A stretch of 37,746 nt of DNA from a virus (taxonomy: Duplodnaviria > Caudoviricetes), in IMG/VR virus record IMGVR_UViG_3300037478_000487, positions 1-37,746 of that record, one strand, 5' to 3'. The number at the start of each line of letters is the position of its first letter. Position 1 is the first letter of the stretch. The position numbers and the translations under genes are program-made. A model generated the notes under the pieces. That model did not search any database. It was not told the DNA's origin and worked only from the letters and a program-made list of their open reading frames with translations. Shown one piece after another: positions 1 to 8,905 of the stretch.

Positions 1-2
1 AG

Positions 3-254
3 CGGCTCGAGCTGCTCACCGGGCTCGTGCACGCGATCGACGGGCACGACTTCGACGGGCCGATCCCGATCGAGGGCCTGCGCGCGCGGCTCGACGACGC
101 GTACGACGCGGGCGTGCCCCCCGAGCTCGACGCGGAGCCGGTCCCCGCGCCGGTGGCGACGCTCTCGCGCTTCGAGGACTTCGCCCGGCGCGTGGTCGCG
201 GGCGAGGACGTGGACGCCGCGGCGGTTGCGGTTGGCGGCACGGGACGGCGATGA
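3..254 (+). CDS. Hypothetical phage protein, 5'-truncated by the window edge
   Basis: The frame is open from position 3 with GC3-rich codons, and its stop overlaps the next ATG (ATGA at 251-254). Confidence 0.6.
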   Translation, partial: RLELLTGLVHAIDGHDFDGPIPIEGLRARLDDAYDAGVPPELDAEPVPAPVATLSRFEDFARRVVAGEDVDAAAVAVGGTGRR

Positions 255-448
255 CGGCGAAGCGACCGCGCTGGCGCTGCACCGCGTGCGGCGCCGAGGT
301 CATGCGTCGGAGCGAGCACACCGAGGCGGACTGCCGGCCCCCGCTGCTCATCGGTGTGGCCCAGTCGCATCGGCTCTCGCAGCTGCAGCGGCGCGTCGAC
401 GAGCTCCGCGACGAGCTCGGTGAGCCGGCGCGCGAGGTCGCGTCGTGA
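251..448 (+). CDS. Small hypothetical protein with CxxC and a C-terminal coiled coil
   Basis: WRCTACG motif; coupled to neighbours by ATGA and GTGA overlaps. Confidence 0.6.
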   Translation: MTAKRPRWRCTACGAEVMRRSEHTEADCRPPLLIGVAQSHRLSQLQRRVDELRDELGEPAREVAS

Positions 449-660
449 CCCGCCGCCGTCCCCAGCACGAGCGCCACCGCTCCTGGCTTCGCGCGCGGAT
501 CCGCGAGGCGGTCGCCGACGCGTCGAGGAGAACCCCGGACGAGCGCGCAGCTGATCTCATCGGCCGCGTCTTCGCTCACGCCGGCTTCGACGAGAGCGAG
601 GTCCGCGAGCTCATCGGCGAGATCTACACGTGCTCCTCGATCAAGGTCGGTGTCGCGTGA
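445..660 (+). CDS. Hypothetical protein
   Basis: GTGA overlaps at both ends; helical, protein-like sequence. Confidence 0.6.
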   Translation: MTRRRPQHERHRSWLRARIREAVADASRRTPDERAADLIGRVFAHAGFDESEVRELIGEIYTCSSIKVGVA

Positions 661-1190
661 CCGTCGTCGGCCGCATCGGTCCCGACCTCAGCGAGGACCT
701 CGCGCTCGCGATCGAGGCGAGGAACCCGGACGCGCGCGTGTACGTCGCCGGCGCCTCGAGCGAGCTCGGTCGCGCGAAGCAGGCCATGCGCGCAGTCCGA
801 CGCGTCATCGGCGACGACGCCATCACCTACGACTGGAGTCTCGACGTTCGGCGCGCGATCGCGGCGGGCGTGCCCGACCACGAGCTCTCGGTCGAACGCG
901 CGGCCGGGTTCGCGTCGCGCGACGTCGCCGGCGTCGAGCTCGCGGGGCTGCTCTGGATCCTGGCGTCCGACGCGCCGAGCCGCGGCATGTGGGTCGAGCT
1001 CGGCATCGCGCTCGGCCTTCGTCGACGCGGCCACCCGATCGAGATCGTCGTGAGCGGGCTGGCGAAGCGGCCGACGGTGTTCGCGGCGCTCGCGGATCAC
1101 ATCTGCGAGACGGACACGGGCGGGCTCTACGCGTGCGCGCGGTGGGCGCGGGACGAAGCGATCAACGGAGGAACAGCATGGCGCGAGTGA
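657..1190 (+). CDS. Nucleoside 2-deoxyribosyltransferase / N-glycosidase-like protein
   Basis: GTG start at 657 overlaps the upstream stop. Motifs VYVAG, ITYDW, RDVAGVELA and SRGMWVELGIALG (catalytic-Glu motif) match the NDT/Rcl/MilB fold. Confidence 0.65.
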   Translation: MTVVGRIGPDLSEDLALAIEARNPDARVYVAGASSELGRAKQAMRAVRRVIGDDAITYDWSLDVRRAIAAGVPDHELSVERAAGFASRDVAGVELAGLLWILASDAPSRGMWVELGIALGLRRRGHPIEIVVSGLAKRPTVFAALADHICETDTGGLYACARWARDEAINGGTAWRE

Positions 1191-1399
1191 ATCTTGTTCG
1201 GTGTGACCGCTGCGGACGCGTGGAGAACGCGCACTTCGTGGCGACGGTGAAGAGCGGAGACCCGGGCAACCCGGCGCTAGCTGGCGCGGACCGCAGCGAC
1301 GACCTGTGCGACGTCTGCGTCGAGCAACTGCTCCGCTTCCTCGACGGCGCGAAGTTGTCTCGCGTCCGACGGCACGTGCGGGCGGAGACGTCGTCGTGA
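1178..1399 (+). CDS. Small zinc-binding hypothetical protein
   Basis: GGAGG RBS upstream of ATG 1178; CDRC...DLCDVC motifs. Confidence 0.7.
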   Translation: MARVNLVRCDRCGRVENAHFVATVKSGDPGNPALAGADRSDDLCDVCVEQLLRFLDGAKLSRVRRHVRAETSS

Positions 1400-2334
1400 C
1401 GGCGGCGACCGCACTCCCGATCGTAGAGCCCTTCGAGGCCCTCGGCCCGAGCACCGATCGTGACTGGCTCGAGCGGCGCGCGTCCGGCATTGGCGCGAGC
1501 GAAGCGGCGATGCTCCTCGGACAGCACCCGACACACGGGGAAGGGGGGCCAGCGATCCTCTGGGCGCAGAAAATCGGTCGCGCTCCGCCCGAGGACCTCG
1601 ACGACGTCGAGTACATCCGCTGGGGCCACGTGATGGAGCCGGTGATCGTCGAGCAGTACGGCTCGGCGCGATACACCGGCCGGCGCGTGGAGAAGGCGAA
1701 CACGCACCTCCGCTCGCGCGAGCACCCGTGGGCCCTCTGCACGCTCGACGCGTGGACATGGCACCCGGCGCTCGGCCGCATCCCGCTCGAGGTGAAGAAC
1801 GTCGGGCTCTATCAGGCCGACCGATGGGACCGCGGCACGCCGATCGAGATGTGGTGGCAGCTGCAGCACCAGATGCTCGTTACGGGCGACCGGTGCGCGT
1901 CCATCGCCGCGTGCGTCGGCGGCAACTCCCTCTGGTGGGAGGACGTGCCGCGGCACGACGGCGCGATCGACGAGCTCGTCATGCGCGGTGCGGAGTTCTG
2001 GCGGTGCGTCCAGGAGAACCGCGTGCCCCTCCACGTGCCGACGCTCGCGAGCGTGCGCGCGCTCTACCCCGCCGGAGAGGAGAGCGGGTCGGTCCAGCTC
2101 TCGGGCGATGAGTGGGCCGAGCGCGATGCGCGACGGCTCTTGCTCAAGGACGAAATCAAGGAGCGCGCGGCCGAGCTCGACGCGCTCGAGGCGCAGCTCA
2201 AGGACGCAATCGGCGCGCACGAGCAGGGCGTGCTCGACGACGGAACGACGTTCACGCACAGGACGCAGACGCGCGCGGAGATCACGACGCCGGCAACGAG
2301 CTTCCGAGTGCTTCGACGAAAGAAGGGACGGTGA
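1396..2334 (+). CDS. YqaJ-like (lambda exonuclease family) recombination nuclease
   Basis: WLERRASGIGASEA, WGHVMEP, TLDA, LEVKN and QLQHQM motifs; directly upstream of RecT. Confidence 0.92.
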   Translation: MTAATALPIVEPFEALGPSTDRDWLERRASGIGASEAAMLLGQHPTHGEGGPAILWAQKIGRAPPEDLDDVEYIRWGHVMEPVIVEQYGSARYTGRRVEKANTHLRSREHPWALCTLDAWTWHPALGRIPLEVKNVGLYQADRWDRGTPIEMWWQLQHQMLVTGDRCASIAACVGGNSLWWEDVPRHDGAIDELVMRGAEFWRCVQENRVPLHVPTLASVRALYPAGEESGSVQLSGDEWAERDARRLLLKDEIKERAAELDALEAQLKDAIGAHEQGVLDDGTTFTHRTQTRAEITTPATSFRVLRRKKGR

Positions 2335-3254
2335 CCATGGGACGACCGACGAAGGACGCGAGCGGGCAGATCGTGCGAGCAGGCAACGGTGGCGGCGACG
2401 GCAGTCTCGCGTCGTTCCTCGCACGCGACCTCGCGCCGCAGATTCGGCTCGCGCTGCCGAAGCATCTAGACGGCGACCGCATGGCACGCGTTGCGCTCAC
2501 GGCGCTCCGTACGAACCGTGACCTCGCCGACTGCGACAAGTTCAGCTTCGCCGCGAGCATCCTGCAGGCGGCGCAGCTCGGGCTCGAGGTCAACACGCCG
2601 CTAGGGCACGCGTACCTCATTCCGCGCAAGGGCCAGTGCACCCTGCAGCTCGGCTACCAGGGAATGATCGAGCTCGCGCGCCGAAGCGGTCAGGTCTCGT
2701 CGATCTTCGCGTACACGGTCCACGCCGGCGACGTCTTCGAGTACACGCTCGGCCTCGACCCGACGCTCAAGCACATCCCGAACCTCGACGTCGACCAGAG
2801 CGAGGCGACGATGACGTTCGTCTACGCCGTTGCGGCGCTCAAGGGCGGGGAGAACGATCGGCAGTTCGTCGTGCTGTCGAAGCGGCAGGTTGACGCCCGC
2901 AAGGCCCGCGGTGGCCGCGGCGACGGCAACTTCGGGCCGGCGTGGAAGAGCGACTACCTCGCGATGGCGCGCAAGACGGCGGTCCGCGCGCTCTTCACGT
3001 GGCTGCCGAAGTCGCCCGAAATGGCGCGGGCGACTGTGGTCGACGATCGGGAAGTGACCGGCGCACCGATGTCGGCCGTCATCGACGCGGAGATCGTCGA
3101 GAAGCTGTCGACGATGCAGTTGCCGCCGCCGCGAGACGCCTCGGCCGACTACGATCTCGAGACCGGCGAGGTGCCAGAGTCCGAAGAGCAGCGACTCGCG
3201 CGCGAGCTCGCCGAAGAAAACTCGAGGATCGCCGAGCAGCGCAAGCCCGGGTGA
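2331..3254 (+). CDS. recT: RecT single-strand annealing protein
   Basis: ALPKHL..DRMARVALT, AAQLGLEVNTPLGHAYLIP, LGYQGMIELARRSG and MARKTAVR motifs, plus an acidic D.ETGEV tail. Start is GTG 2331 or ATG 2337. Confidence 0.95.
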   Translation: MTMGRPTKDASGQIVRAGNGGGDGSLASFLARDLAPQIRLALPKHLDGDRMARVALTALRTNRDLADCDKFSFAASILQAAQLGLEVNTPLGHAYLIPRKGQCTLQLGYQGMIELARRSGQVSSIFAYTVHAGDVFEYTLGLDPTLKHIPNLDVDQSEATMTFVYAVAALKGGENDRQFVVLSKRQVDARKARGGRGDGNFGPAWKSDYLAMARKTAVRALFTWLPKSPEMARATVVDDREVTGAPMSAVIDAEIVEKLSTMQLPPPRDASADYDLETGEVPESEEQRLARELAEENSRIAEQRKPG

Positions 3255-3925
3255 TGCCCGCTCTCATCCTAGACCTGGAGACCATCCTCGACGCCGCGGT
3301 GCCGTTCACGCCGCGGGAGCGCGACGGCCGCGTCGACCCGTTCCCGCCCGCGCCGCATTGGCAGATCGTCGCGTTCGGCGCGCTCTATTGGGATCGCGAG
3401 GCGGGACCGCGCAAGCTCGGCTGCCTCGGCGAGCCGGACTACACCGAGGCGGGTGCGCTCCGCGCGTTCTCGCGCCTGCTTCGGCCGGGCGTACAGCTCG
3501 TCACGTTCAACGGCCGGCGCTTCGACCTGCCGGTGATCGTCGCGCGCTCGCTCCGGCATCGGATCCAGCTCGGCGAGTACTTCGGCGGCCGCGACTATCG
3601 CTACCGCTTCACCGAGGCCGGGCACCTCGACCTCGCCGACCAGCTCTCGGACTACGGCGCGGGCAAGTACGCCGGGCTCGACAGCTGGTCGCGGCTCGTC
3701 GGTGGCGCGGGCAAGGGCGAGGTCGACGGCTCGCAGGTCGCCGAGCTCTGGGCCGCGGGCGAGCACGAGCGCGTCAGACGCTACTGCCTCGACGACGTCG
3801 CGCAGACGGCGAGGCTCTGGCTCGAGTGGCGTCACCTCACGGGGGTGATCGACTCGGCGCAGCTCGAGACGTCGCTGAGCGCGCTCGAGGACTGCGTCGC
3901 CGGCGTGCGGGGCGAGGCAGCGTGA
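3254..3925 (+). CDS. PolB-related stand-alone 3'-5' exonuclease (DEDDy)
   Basis: ExoI ILDLET, ExoII TFNGRRFDLP, HLDL and ExoIII YCLDD motifs. Confidence 0.88.
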   Translation: MPALILDLETILDAAVPFTPRERDGRVDPFPPAPHWQIVAFGALYWDREAGPRKLGCLGEPDYTEAGALRAFSRLLRPGVQLVTFNGRRFDLPVIVARSLRHRIQLGEYFGGRDYRYRFTEAGHLDLADQLSDYGAGKYAGLDSWSRLVGGAGKGEVDGSQVAELWAAGEHERVRRYCLDDVAQTARLWLEWRHLTGVIDSAQLETSLSALEDCVAGVRGEAA

Positions 3926-4137
3926 CGCCCGACCGCTGCCGCTCCTGTCGCGCCCGCATCCACTGGGCTCGCACCGCCGCGGGCAAGGCCATGCCGATCG
4001 AGGAGCGGTCCGGCGGCAACCTCGTCGTCGAGACCGACCTCCTCGGCGACGCCGTCGTGCAGGTCGTCGAGGCCGGGAGCGGCACGCACGACTCGCATTT
4101 CGCGACGTGCCCCGACGCTCGGAAGTGGCGCCGGTGA
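3922..4137 (+). CDS. Small zinc-binding phage protein
   Basis: CRSC..IHWARTAAGKAMPI...SHFATCPDA is a recurrent small phage protein pattern; GTGA overlap. Confidence 0.75.
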   Translation: MTPDRCRSCRARIHWARTAAGKAMPIEERSGGNLVVETDLLGDAVVQVVEAGSGTHDSHFATCPDARKWRR

Positions 4138-4141
4138 TCGC

Positions 4142-5329
4142 ATGGTCGCGCGAGCGGGAACATTCGAGGCGCGGATGCTCGAGCGCGGTTGGCGCGTCGT
4201 CGGCCGGGGCCGCGCCGGCGATGCGATCCTCGAATGCCTCGAGTGTCTCGGCCGGCAGACGCGCCGGCTGTACGCTTTCGATCGCACGTGCGCACATGTG
4301 CCCGTCGACGAGGCGAGCCGCTACGAGGACGACCCCGTCTGCCGGCTGCTCGTCCACCGGTTCGGCCCGATGACGCTCGCGGAGATCGGGGACGCGCTCG
4401 GGATCACGCGAGAGCGCGTGCGACAGATCGAGGCGAAGGCACTGCCGAGGTTGCGGGCCGGTCTGGAGCGTGAGGGCTTCGGCGTCGACGACGTGCGCGA
4501 GGCCCTCGCCGATGCGGACGCTCGAGACGCGCGGCACGCGTGGTTGACGGCGCCGGCGGGAGCGGACGGCCGGTCGCGCGACCCGCACCGGCTCGCGGAA
4601 TACCGGGAGCGGTACGCGGCGCAGCAGCGTGCTCGAGCGGCCGTCGGCCCGACTGCGGGCGCGGCGGTCGCGGTCGTGTGCGAGCCGGAGCCCGTGTATC
4701 CGACGAAGAAAGCCGCCTCTCGCGCGCGCTTCGAGGAGCGGCGCCGACTCGGACTGGTGAAGCCGCGACCGCCGTCGGTGCGGAAGCCGTGCTCGGACTG
4801 CGGCGGGGAGCGCGACACGACAGCCCGTCGGTGTGCGGCTTGTCGTGCAGCGAACGAGTGCCGGATGCGCGAGCGAAACAAGGTGCTCAGTCGCGACCGG
4901 CTAGCCGCCAGACGCGCCGCGATGACGCCGGAGGAGCGTTCGGTCGCGAGAGAGAGAAACCGACGGGAGCAATGGCGCTCGCGCCGACGACAGGCCGGCT
5001 TGCCGGTCGAGGAGGAGACGATGTCCGAGAAGGTCTGCGTGAAGTGCGGCGCGGGTTTCGAGGGAGCGACGTCGGCGAGGTACTGCTCCGACGCCTGCCG
5101 GCCGGCGCGTGCGACGAGGCCCGCCCGGAAGCGCGGCAAGCGCAAGGCCGCAGCGACGATGGTCGACGTCGCCGAGCACGTCGTCGTGAGCAAGCGTCGG
5201 GGCCGGGTCTCAGTAGGGGTCGTCGCCGGCGGCCCGCGCGAACTCCTCGAGCTCGCCGGCTACCAGGTCCGCGAGGTGCGCACGCCAGCGGGCGTCGCGC
5301 TCTTCGTCGACGAGGGAGGTGCGGAATGA
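4142..5329 (+). CDS. Sigma70 region-4 HTH protein with multiple CxxC motifs (putative transcriptional regulator; possible internal start at 5021)
   Basis: MTLAEIGDALGITRERVRQIEAKAL is a canonical sigma70 region 4.2. Later motifs are CSDC/CAAC and CVKC/YCSDAC. Confidence 0.7.
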   Translation: MVARAGTFEARMLERGWRVVGRGRAGDAILECLECLGRQTRRLYAFDRTCAHVPVDEASRYEDDPVCRLLVHRFGPMTLAEIGDALGITRERVRQIEAKALPRLRAGLEREGFGVDDVREALADADARDARHAWLTAPAGADGRSRDPHRLAEYRERYAAQQRARAAVGPTAGAAVAVVCEPEPVYPTKKAASRARFEERRRLGLVKPRPPSVRKPCSDCGGERDTTARRCAACRAANECRMRERNKVLSRDRLAARRAAMTPEERSVARERNRREQWRSRRRQAGLPVEEETMSEKVCVKCGAGFEGATSARYCSDACRPARATRPARKRGKRKAAATMVDVAEHVVVSKRRGRVSVGVVAGGPRELLELAGYQVREVRTPAGVALFVDEGGAE

Positions 5330-5535
5330 GCATCCCGACGAAGTGCGGTCAGCGCGGCTGCGACGCGCCGGCGGTCGTCCGCTACACGTGGCCCGGGCGC
5401 GACGAGGCCGGAGCCTGTACCGAGCACGCGCTGATGGTCCGCAACACCTCCGAGGCCATGGGCTGCCACGTTCAGCTGATCCCGATCACCAACGACGAGA
5501 TGATCGCCGCGCTGCTCGCGGGAGGTGGAGAATGA
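5326..5535 (+). CDS. Small Cys/His hypothetical protein
   Basis: GGAGGT RBS; ATGA overlaps at both ends; CGQRGC...ACTEH. Confidence 0.65.
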   Translation: MSIPTKCGQRGCDAPAVVRYTWPGRDEAGACTEHALMVRNTSEAMGCHVQLIPITNDEMIAALLAGGGE

Positions 5536-7157
5536 GCATCGACACGATCTCGCTCGCGCAGATCAAGCCGAGCCCGTTCAACCCGCGCAAGACGTTCGAC
5601 AGGCCGAAGCTCGACGAGCTCGCGGCGTCGATCAAATCGCAGGGCGTCCTACAGCCGATCCTCGTCCGCCCGAACGGCTCGGGCTACGAGCTCGTCCTCG
5701 GCGAACGCCGCCTCCGTGCATCGAAGCTCGCCGGCCTCGAGGAGGTGCCCGCCGTCGTCCGCGCGATGCTCGATGACGAGGTCGTCGAGGCCCAGGTCGT
5801 CGAGAACGACCAGCGCGAGGACGTGAGCCCGCTCGAGGAGGCCGACGGCTATCAGATGCTCGTCGGGAAGTTCGGCCGCTCGGTCGACGACGTCGCCGCG
5901 AAGGTGGGCCGCTCGCGGGCGTACGTCTACGCGCGGCTCAAGCTCTGCGACCTCGGCAAGGAAGGCCGCAAGGCCCTGATCGCCGGCGAGCTCACGCCCG
6001 CGACGGCGCTCCTCGTCGCGCGCATTCCCACCTCGCTCCAGAAGGACGCGGTCGGCGCGCTCGCCCTGGACTGGCGCGGCGTGCCGGTCTCCGCACGCGA
6101 GGCAGCCCGGATCGTCCGCGAGCGCTTCATGCTCCGGCTCAAGGGTGCGCCGTTCAATCCGAAGGATGCGGCGCTCGTGCCGGCCGCCGGCGCGTGCGGC
6201 GATTGCCCCAAGCGCACCGGCAATCAGGCCGAGCTCTTCGGCGACGTCGACAGTGCAGACGTGTGCACCGACCCCACCTGCTTCGGCGCGAAGTCCGATG
6301 CCGCGTGGGCGATCCGGGCGGAGGAGGAGCGGGCGAAGGGCGTCAAGGTCATCGACGGCACCGCCGCCGCGAAGCTCGTCGACGAGTACCGCGGTGGCGG
6401 GGGGTATCTCCGGCACGGCGCCGCGTACGTCGCGCTCGACCGCGAGGAGTGGATCGGCAGCAAGCACGTCAAGCTCCGCTCGCTCGTGCCGAAGAAGGAC
6501 CCGCCGCCGGTCACGCTGATCCGATCTCCGAACGGGACCGTCGTACAGGCCATCGCGAAGGCCGACGCCGACCGGCTCCTACGTCGCGAGAAGGGCTCGG
6601 CACGGCACCGCGGGCAAACCCTCGACAGCGCCGGCGCGCGCAACAAGGCCAAGAACGACGTCGCCCGCCGCGTCGCCAACCTCGCAATGGCAGCGCTCGT
6701 CGCCCGTGCGGTGAACCGACCGCACGCGGATATCTGGCGGCTCATTGCCCGCGCCCAGGTCGAGCACACCTGGCACGACGCGCTCAAAGCAATCGTCCGC
6801 CGGCGCGAGCTCGACAAGGTCGAGGAACCCCCGATCGGCGTCGAGCCGAAGAAGGGCCGGAAGAAGAAGCCGAAGCCGGCGCATCCCGAGGAGCTGCTCA
6901 AGCGCGAGATCGAATCGGCGGACGAGGCCGTATGTCGAGGCCTCGTCGTCGAGCTCGCCCTCGCGCGGAGCGCATACACGGGCTTCGGGCCGTACTCGAG
7001 CCGCGAGGACAAGACGCTCTTCAAGGCGTGGGGCGTCGACGTCGAGAAGCTCGAGCGCGAGGAGAGGGCGGCGGTGAAGATGGCTGCGGCGGCGAAGAAG
7101 GCGAAGAAGAAGTCGCCGACGAAGAAGCGGTCCGCACGCGCGGGAGGCAAGCGATGA
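5532..7157 (+). CDS. parB: ParB/RepB/Spo0J-family protein with HTH and Cys cluster
   Basis: NPRKTF, GVLQPILVRP, LGERRLRA (GxxR CTP motif), ENDQREDVSPLEEA, an HTH and CGDCPKRTG...CTDPTCF; GGAGGTGGAG RBS. Confidence 0.9.
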   Translation: MSIDTISLAQIKPSPFNPRKTFDRPKLDELAASIKSQGVLQPILVRPNGSGYELVLGERRLRASKLAGLEEVPAVVRAMLDDEVVEAQVVENDQREDVSPLEEADGYQMLVGKFGRSVDDVAAKVGRSRAYVYARLKLCDLGKEGRKALIAGELTPATALLVARIPTSLQKDAVGALALDWRGVPVSAREAARIVRERFMLRLKGAPFNPKDAALVPAAGACGDCPKRTGNQAELFGDVDSADVCTDPTCFGAKSDAAWAIRAEEERAKGVKVIDGTAAAKLVDEYRGGGGYLRHGAAYVALDREEWIGSKHVKLRSLVPKKDPPPVTLIRSPNGTVVQAIAKADADRLLRREKGSARHRGQTLDSAGARNKAKNDVARRVANLAMAALVARAVNRPHADIWRLIARAQVEHTWHDALKAIVRRRELDKVEEPPIGVEPKKGRKKKPKPAHPEELLKREIESADEAVCRGLVVELALARSAYTGFGPYSSREDKTLFKAWGVDVEKLEREERAAVKMAAAAKKAKKKSPTKKRSARAGGKR

Positions 7158-7450
7158 AGATCAGCGACGACCGCGAGCGCCGCAGGGCGCTCCTCAAGAA
7201 GCTCAACGGGCTTCTCTTTGACATCGAGCGCGATCGCAAGCGCATCGCCGAGGCGAAGAGCGCGCTCGGAACCGCGCTCGCCGTCGGTCGGGACCGACTC
7301 TCCGCGTACGCGTCGACGCGGGCCGTGCTCGCGAAGTCGATCCCCACGTTCGACGAGCTCCCGTCGTTCGACGAGCTCGTCGCGGGGATCAAACCGATCG
7401 GGCTGGCCGAGCAGCTCGACGACGACGCCGCCGATGGGCTCGACCGTTGA
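7154..7450 (+). CDS. Hypothetical protein
   Basis: GGAGG RBS and ATGA overlap; helical sequence MKISDDRERRRALLKKLNGLL... Confidence 0.65.
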   Translation: MKISDDRERRRALLKKLNGLLFDIERDRKRIAEAKSALGTALAVGRDRLSAYASTRAVLAKSIPTFDELPSFDELVAGIKPIGLAEQLDDDAADGLDR

Positions 7451-7704
7451 GCGACCCCGACTTCGACGCGATCGCCACGACGCTCGGCCTCGCCGTCACC
7501 GAGACGAGCCGCCACGTCGTCGCCGATACGCTGCGCACGATCTACGTCGCGGGGCTGCGGCGGGCGGCGGACGTCGTGCACAGGGCGGCCGAGATCACTG
7601 GTGACGCCTGCGATCGCGGCCTCCCGGATCTCCGGCCCGCCGTCGAGTTCGCCGAGAGCAACGTGCGCGCGCTCGCTGACGAGATCGAGCGAGGTGGAAC
7701 GTGA
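7447..7704 (+). CDS. Hypothetical protein
   Basis: TTGA and GTGA overlaps; codon usage matches the operon. Confidence 0.6.
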   Translation: MSDPDFDAIATTLGLAVTETSRHVVADTLRTIYVAGLRRAADVVHRAAEITGDACDRGLPDLRPAVEFAESNVRALADEIERGGT

Positions 7705-8810
7705 AGCGACCGCGATCGATCCACGTCGGCGAGCTCGCGCTCCCGCTCGCCGTCATCACCGAGAGCGTCGGCATCCTCGCCGTGAAGCGCGCCGGCAAGA
7801 GCAACACCGCGAAGGTGCTCACAGAGCAGCTCTTCGGCGCCGGGCAGCAGGTCGTCGCCGTCGACCGATCCCGCGCTGCTCCACGTTCGACTCCGGCGCG
7901 ACGCCGAAGCCGGGCGAGACACGGCTCGCACCGAAGACGGTCGCCGACGTCGACCCTCGACGCGTTCCGCCGCGAAATGGCGGGCACGCTCGAGCGCGCG
8001 AAGGCCGACGACCCGAAGGCACTGCGGAAGCGGATCGCCGAGCTCGAGCGCGAGGTCGCGAAGAAGCCGGCGATCGCGGCCGAGCCGGAGGTCCGTTACG
8101 AGCGCGTCGAGGTTCCCGTCGTCGACGAGGCGACCCGCCGCGCCCTGGTCGACGCCGGCGAGCGCGTGCGCACGGCCGAGGCCGCGATCTCGGTGGCGGC
8201 CGAGGCGTGGAACCGGATCGCCGAAGCCCTGAAGCACGTCGACGAGCTCCGCCGTGAGCCGCTCGTGTCGACGTCGAGCGGCCTCCACCGAGGCAGCAAG
8301 CGGGTCGCCACGGTGCCCGCCCGCCGGCCGCCAACGCCGGCGAACGGTCCGAGTCGTCTCGGTGTCGGCGAGCGCACCATCCTCACCGCGATCGCGCAGT
8401 ACCCCGAGGGCGCGACGAGCGAGCAGCTCACGATCCTCACAGCCTACAAGCGCTCGAGCCGCGACACGTTCCTGCAACGGCTCCGCGCCGCGGGCCTCGT
8501 TGATCGCGCGGGCGATCTCCACGTCGCGACCGACGCCGGCGTCGAGGCACTCGGTCCCAACTTCGAGCCGCTCCCGACCGGCGACGACCTGCGCTCGCAC
8601 TGGCTCGAGCGCCTCGGTGTCGGCGAGCGGGCCATCCTCGAGGAGGTGTGCGCGGTCTACCCGACGACGGCCGCGCGCGCGCAGCTCGGCGAGGCCGCAG
8701 GCTACCAGCGGAGCTCGCGAGACACGTTCATCCAGAGGCTCGCGGCGCGCCGGCTCGTCGAGGTCGTCGGCCGCGGCGAGGTGCGCGCGAGCGCGGAGCT
8801 CTTCGGATGA
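7701..8810 (+). CDS. Internally deleted HerA/DUF87-like ATPase remnant fused to tandem winged-helix repeats
   Basis: Walker A-like GILAVKRAGKS and QVVAVD, but no Walker B. About 30 codons read in a non-native frame (7866-7955), followed by a coiled coil and two RLGVGER.IL...YxRSSRDTF.QRL repeats. Confidence 0.7.
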   Translation: MKRPRSIHVGELALPLAVITESVGILAVKRAGKSNTAKVLTEQLFGAGQQVVAVDRSRAAPRSTPARRRSRARHGSHRRRSPTSTLDAFRREMAGTLERAKADDPKALRKRIAELEREVAKKPAIAAEPEVRYERVEVPVVDEATRRALVDAGERVRTAEAAISVAAEAWNRIAEALKHVDELRREPLVSTSSGLHRGSKRVATVPARRPPTPANGPSRLGVGERTILTAIAQYPEGATSEQLTILTAYKRSSRDTFLQRLRAAGLVDRAGDLHVATDAGVEALGPNFEPLPTGDDLRSHWLERLGVGERAILEEVCAVYPTTAARAQLGEAAGYQRSSRDTFIQRLAARRLVEVVGRGEVRASAELFG

Positions 8811-8905
8811 CGCTCACCGCCCACCTTCTGCGCCTGCTCGTCGCCGACGTCGGCCTCGGCGAGGTCGAGAGCGAGCTCGAGCGGGTGCGGGCGGAGGTGC
8901 CGTGA
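8807..8905 (+). CDS. 32-aa hypothetical peptide
   Basis: Exactly fills the gap, with ATGA and GTGA overlaps: MTLTAHLLRLLVADVGLGEVESELERVRAEVP. Confidence 0.45.
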   Translation: MTLTAHLLRLLVADVGLGEVESELERVRAEVP

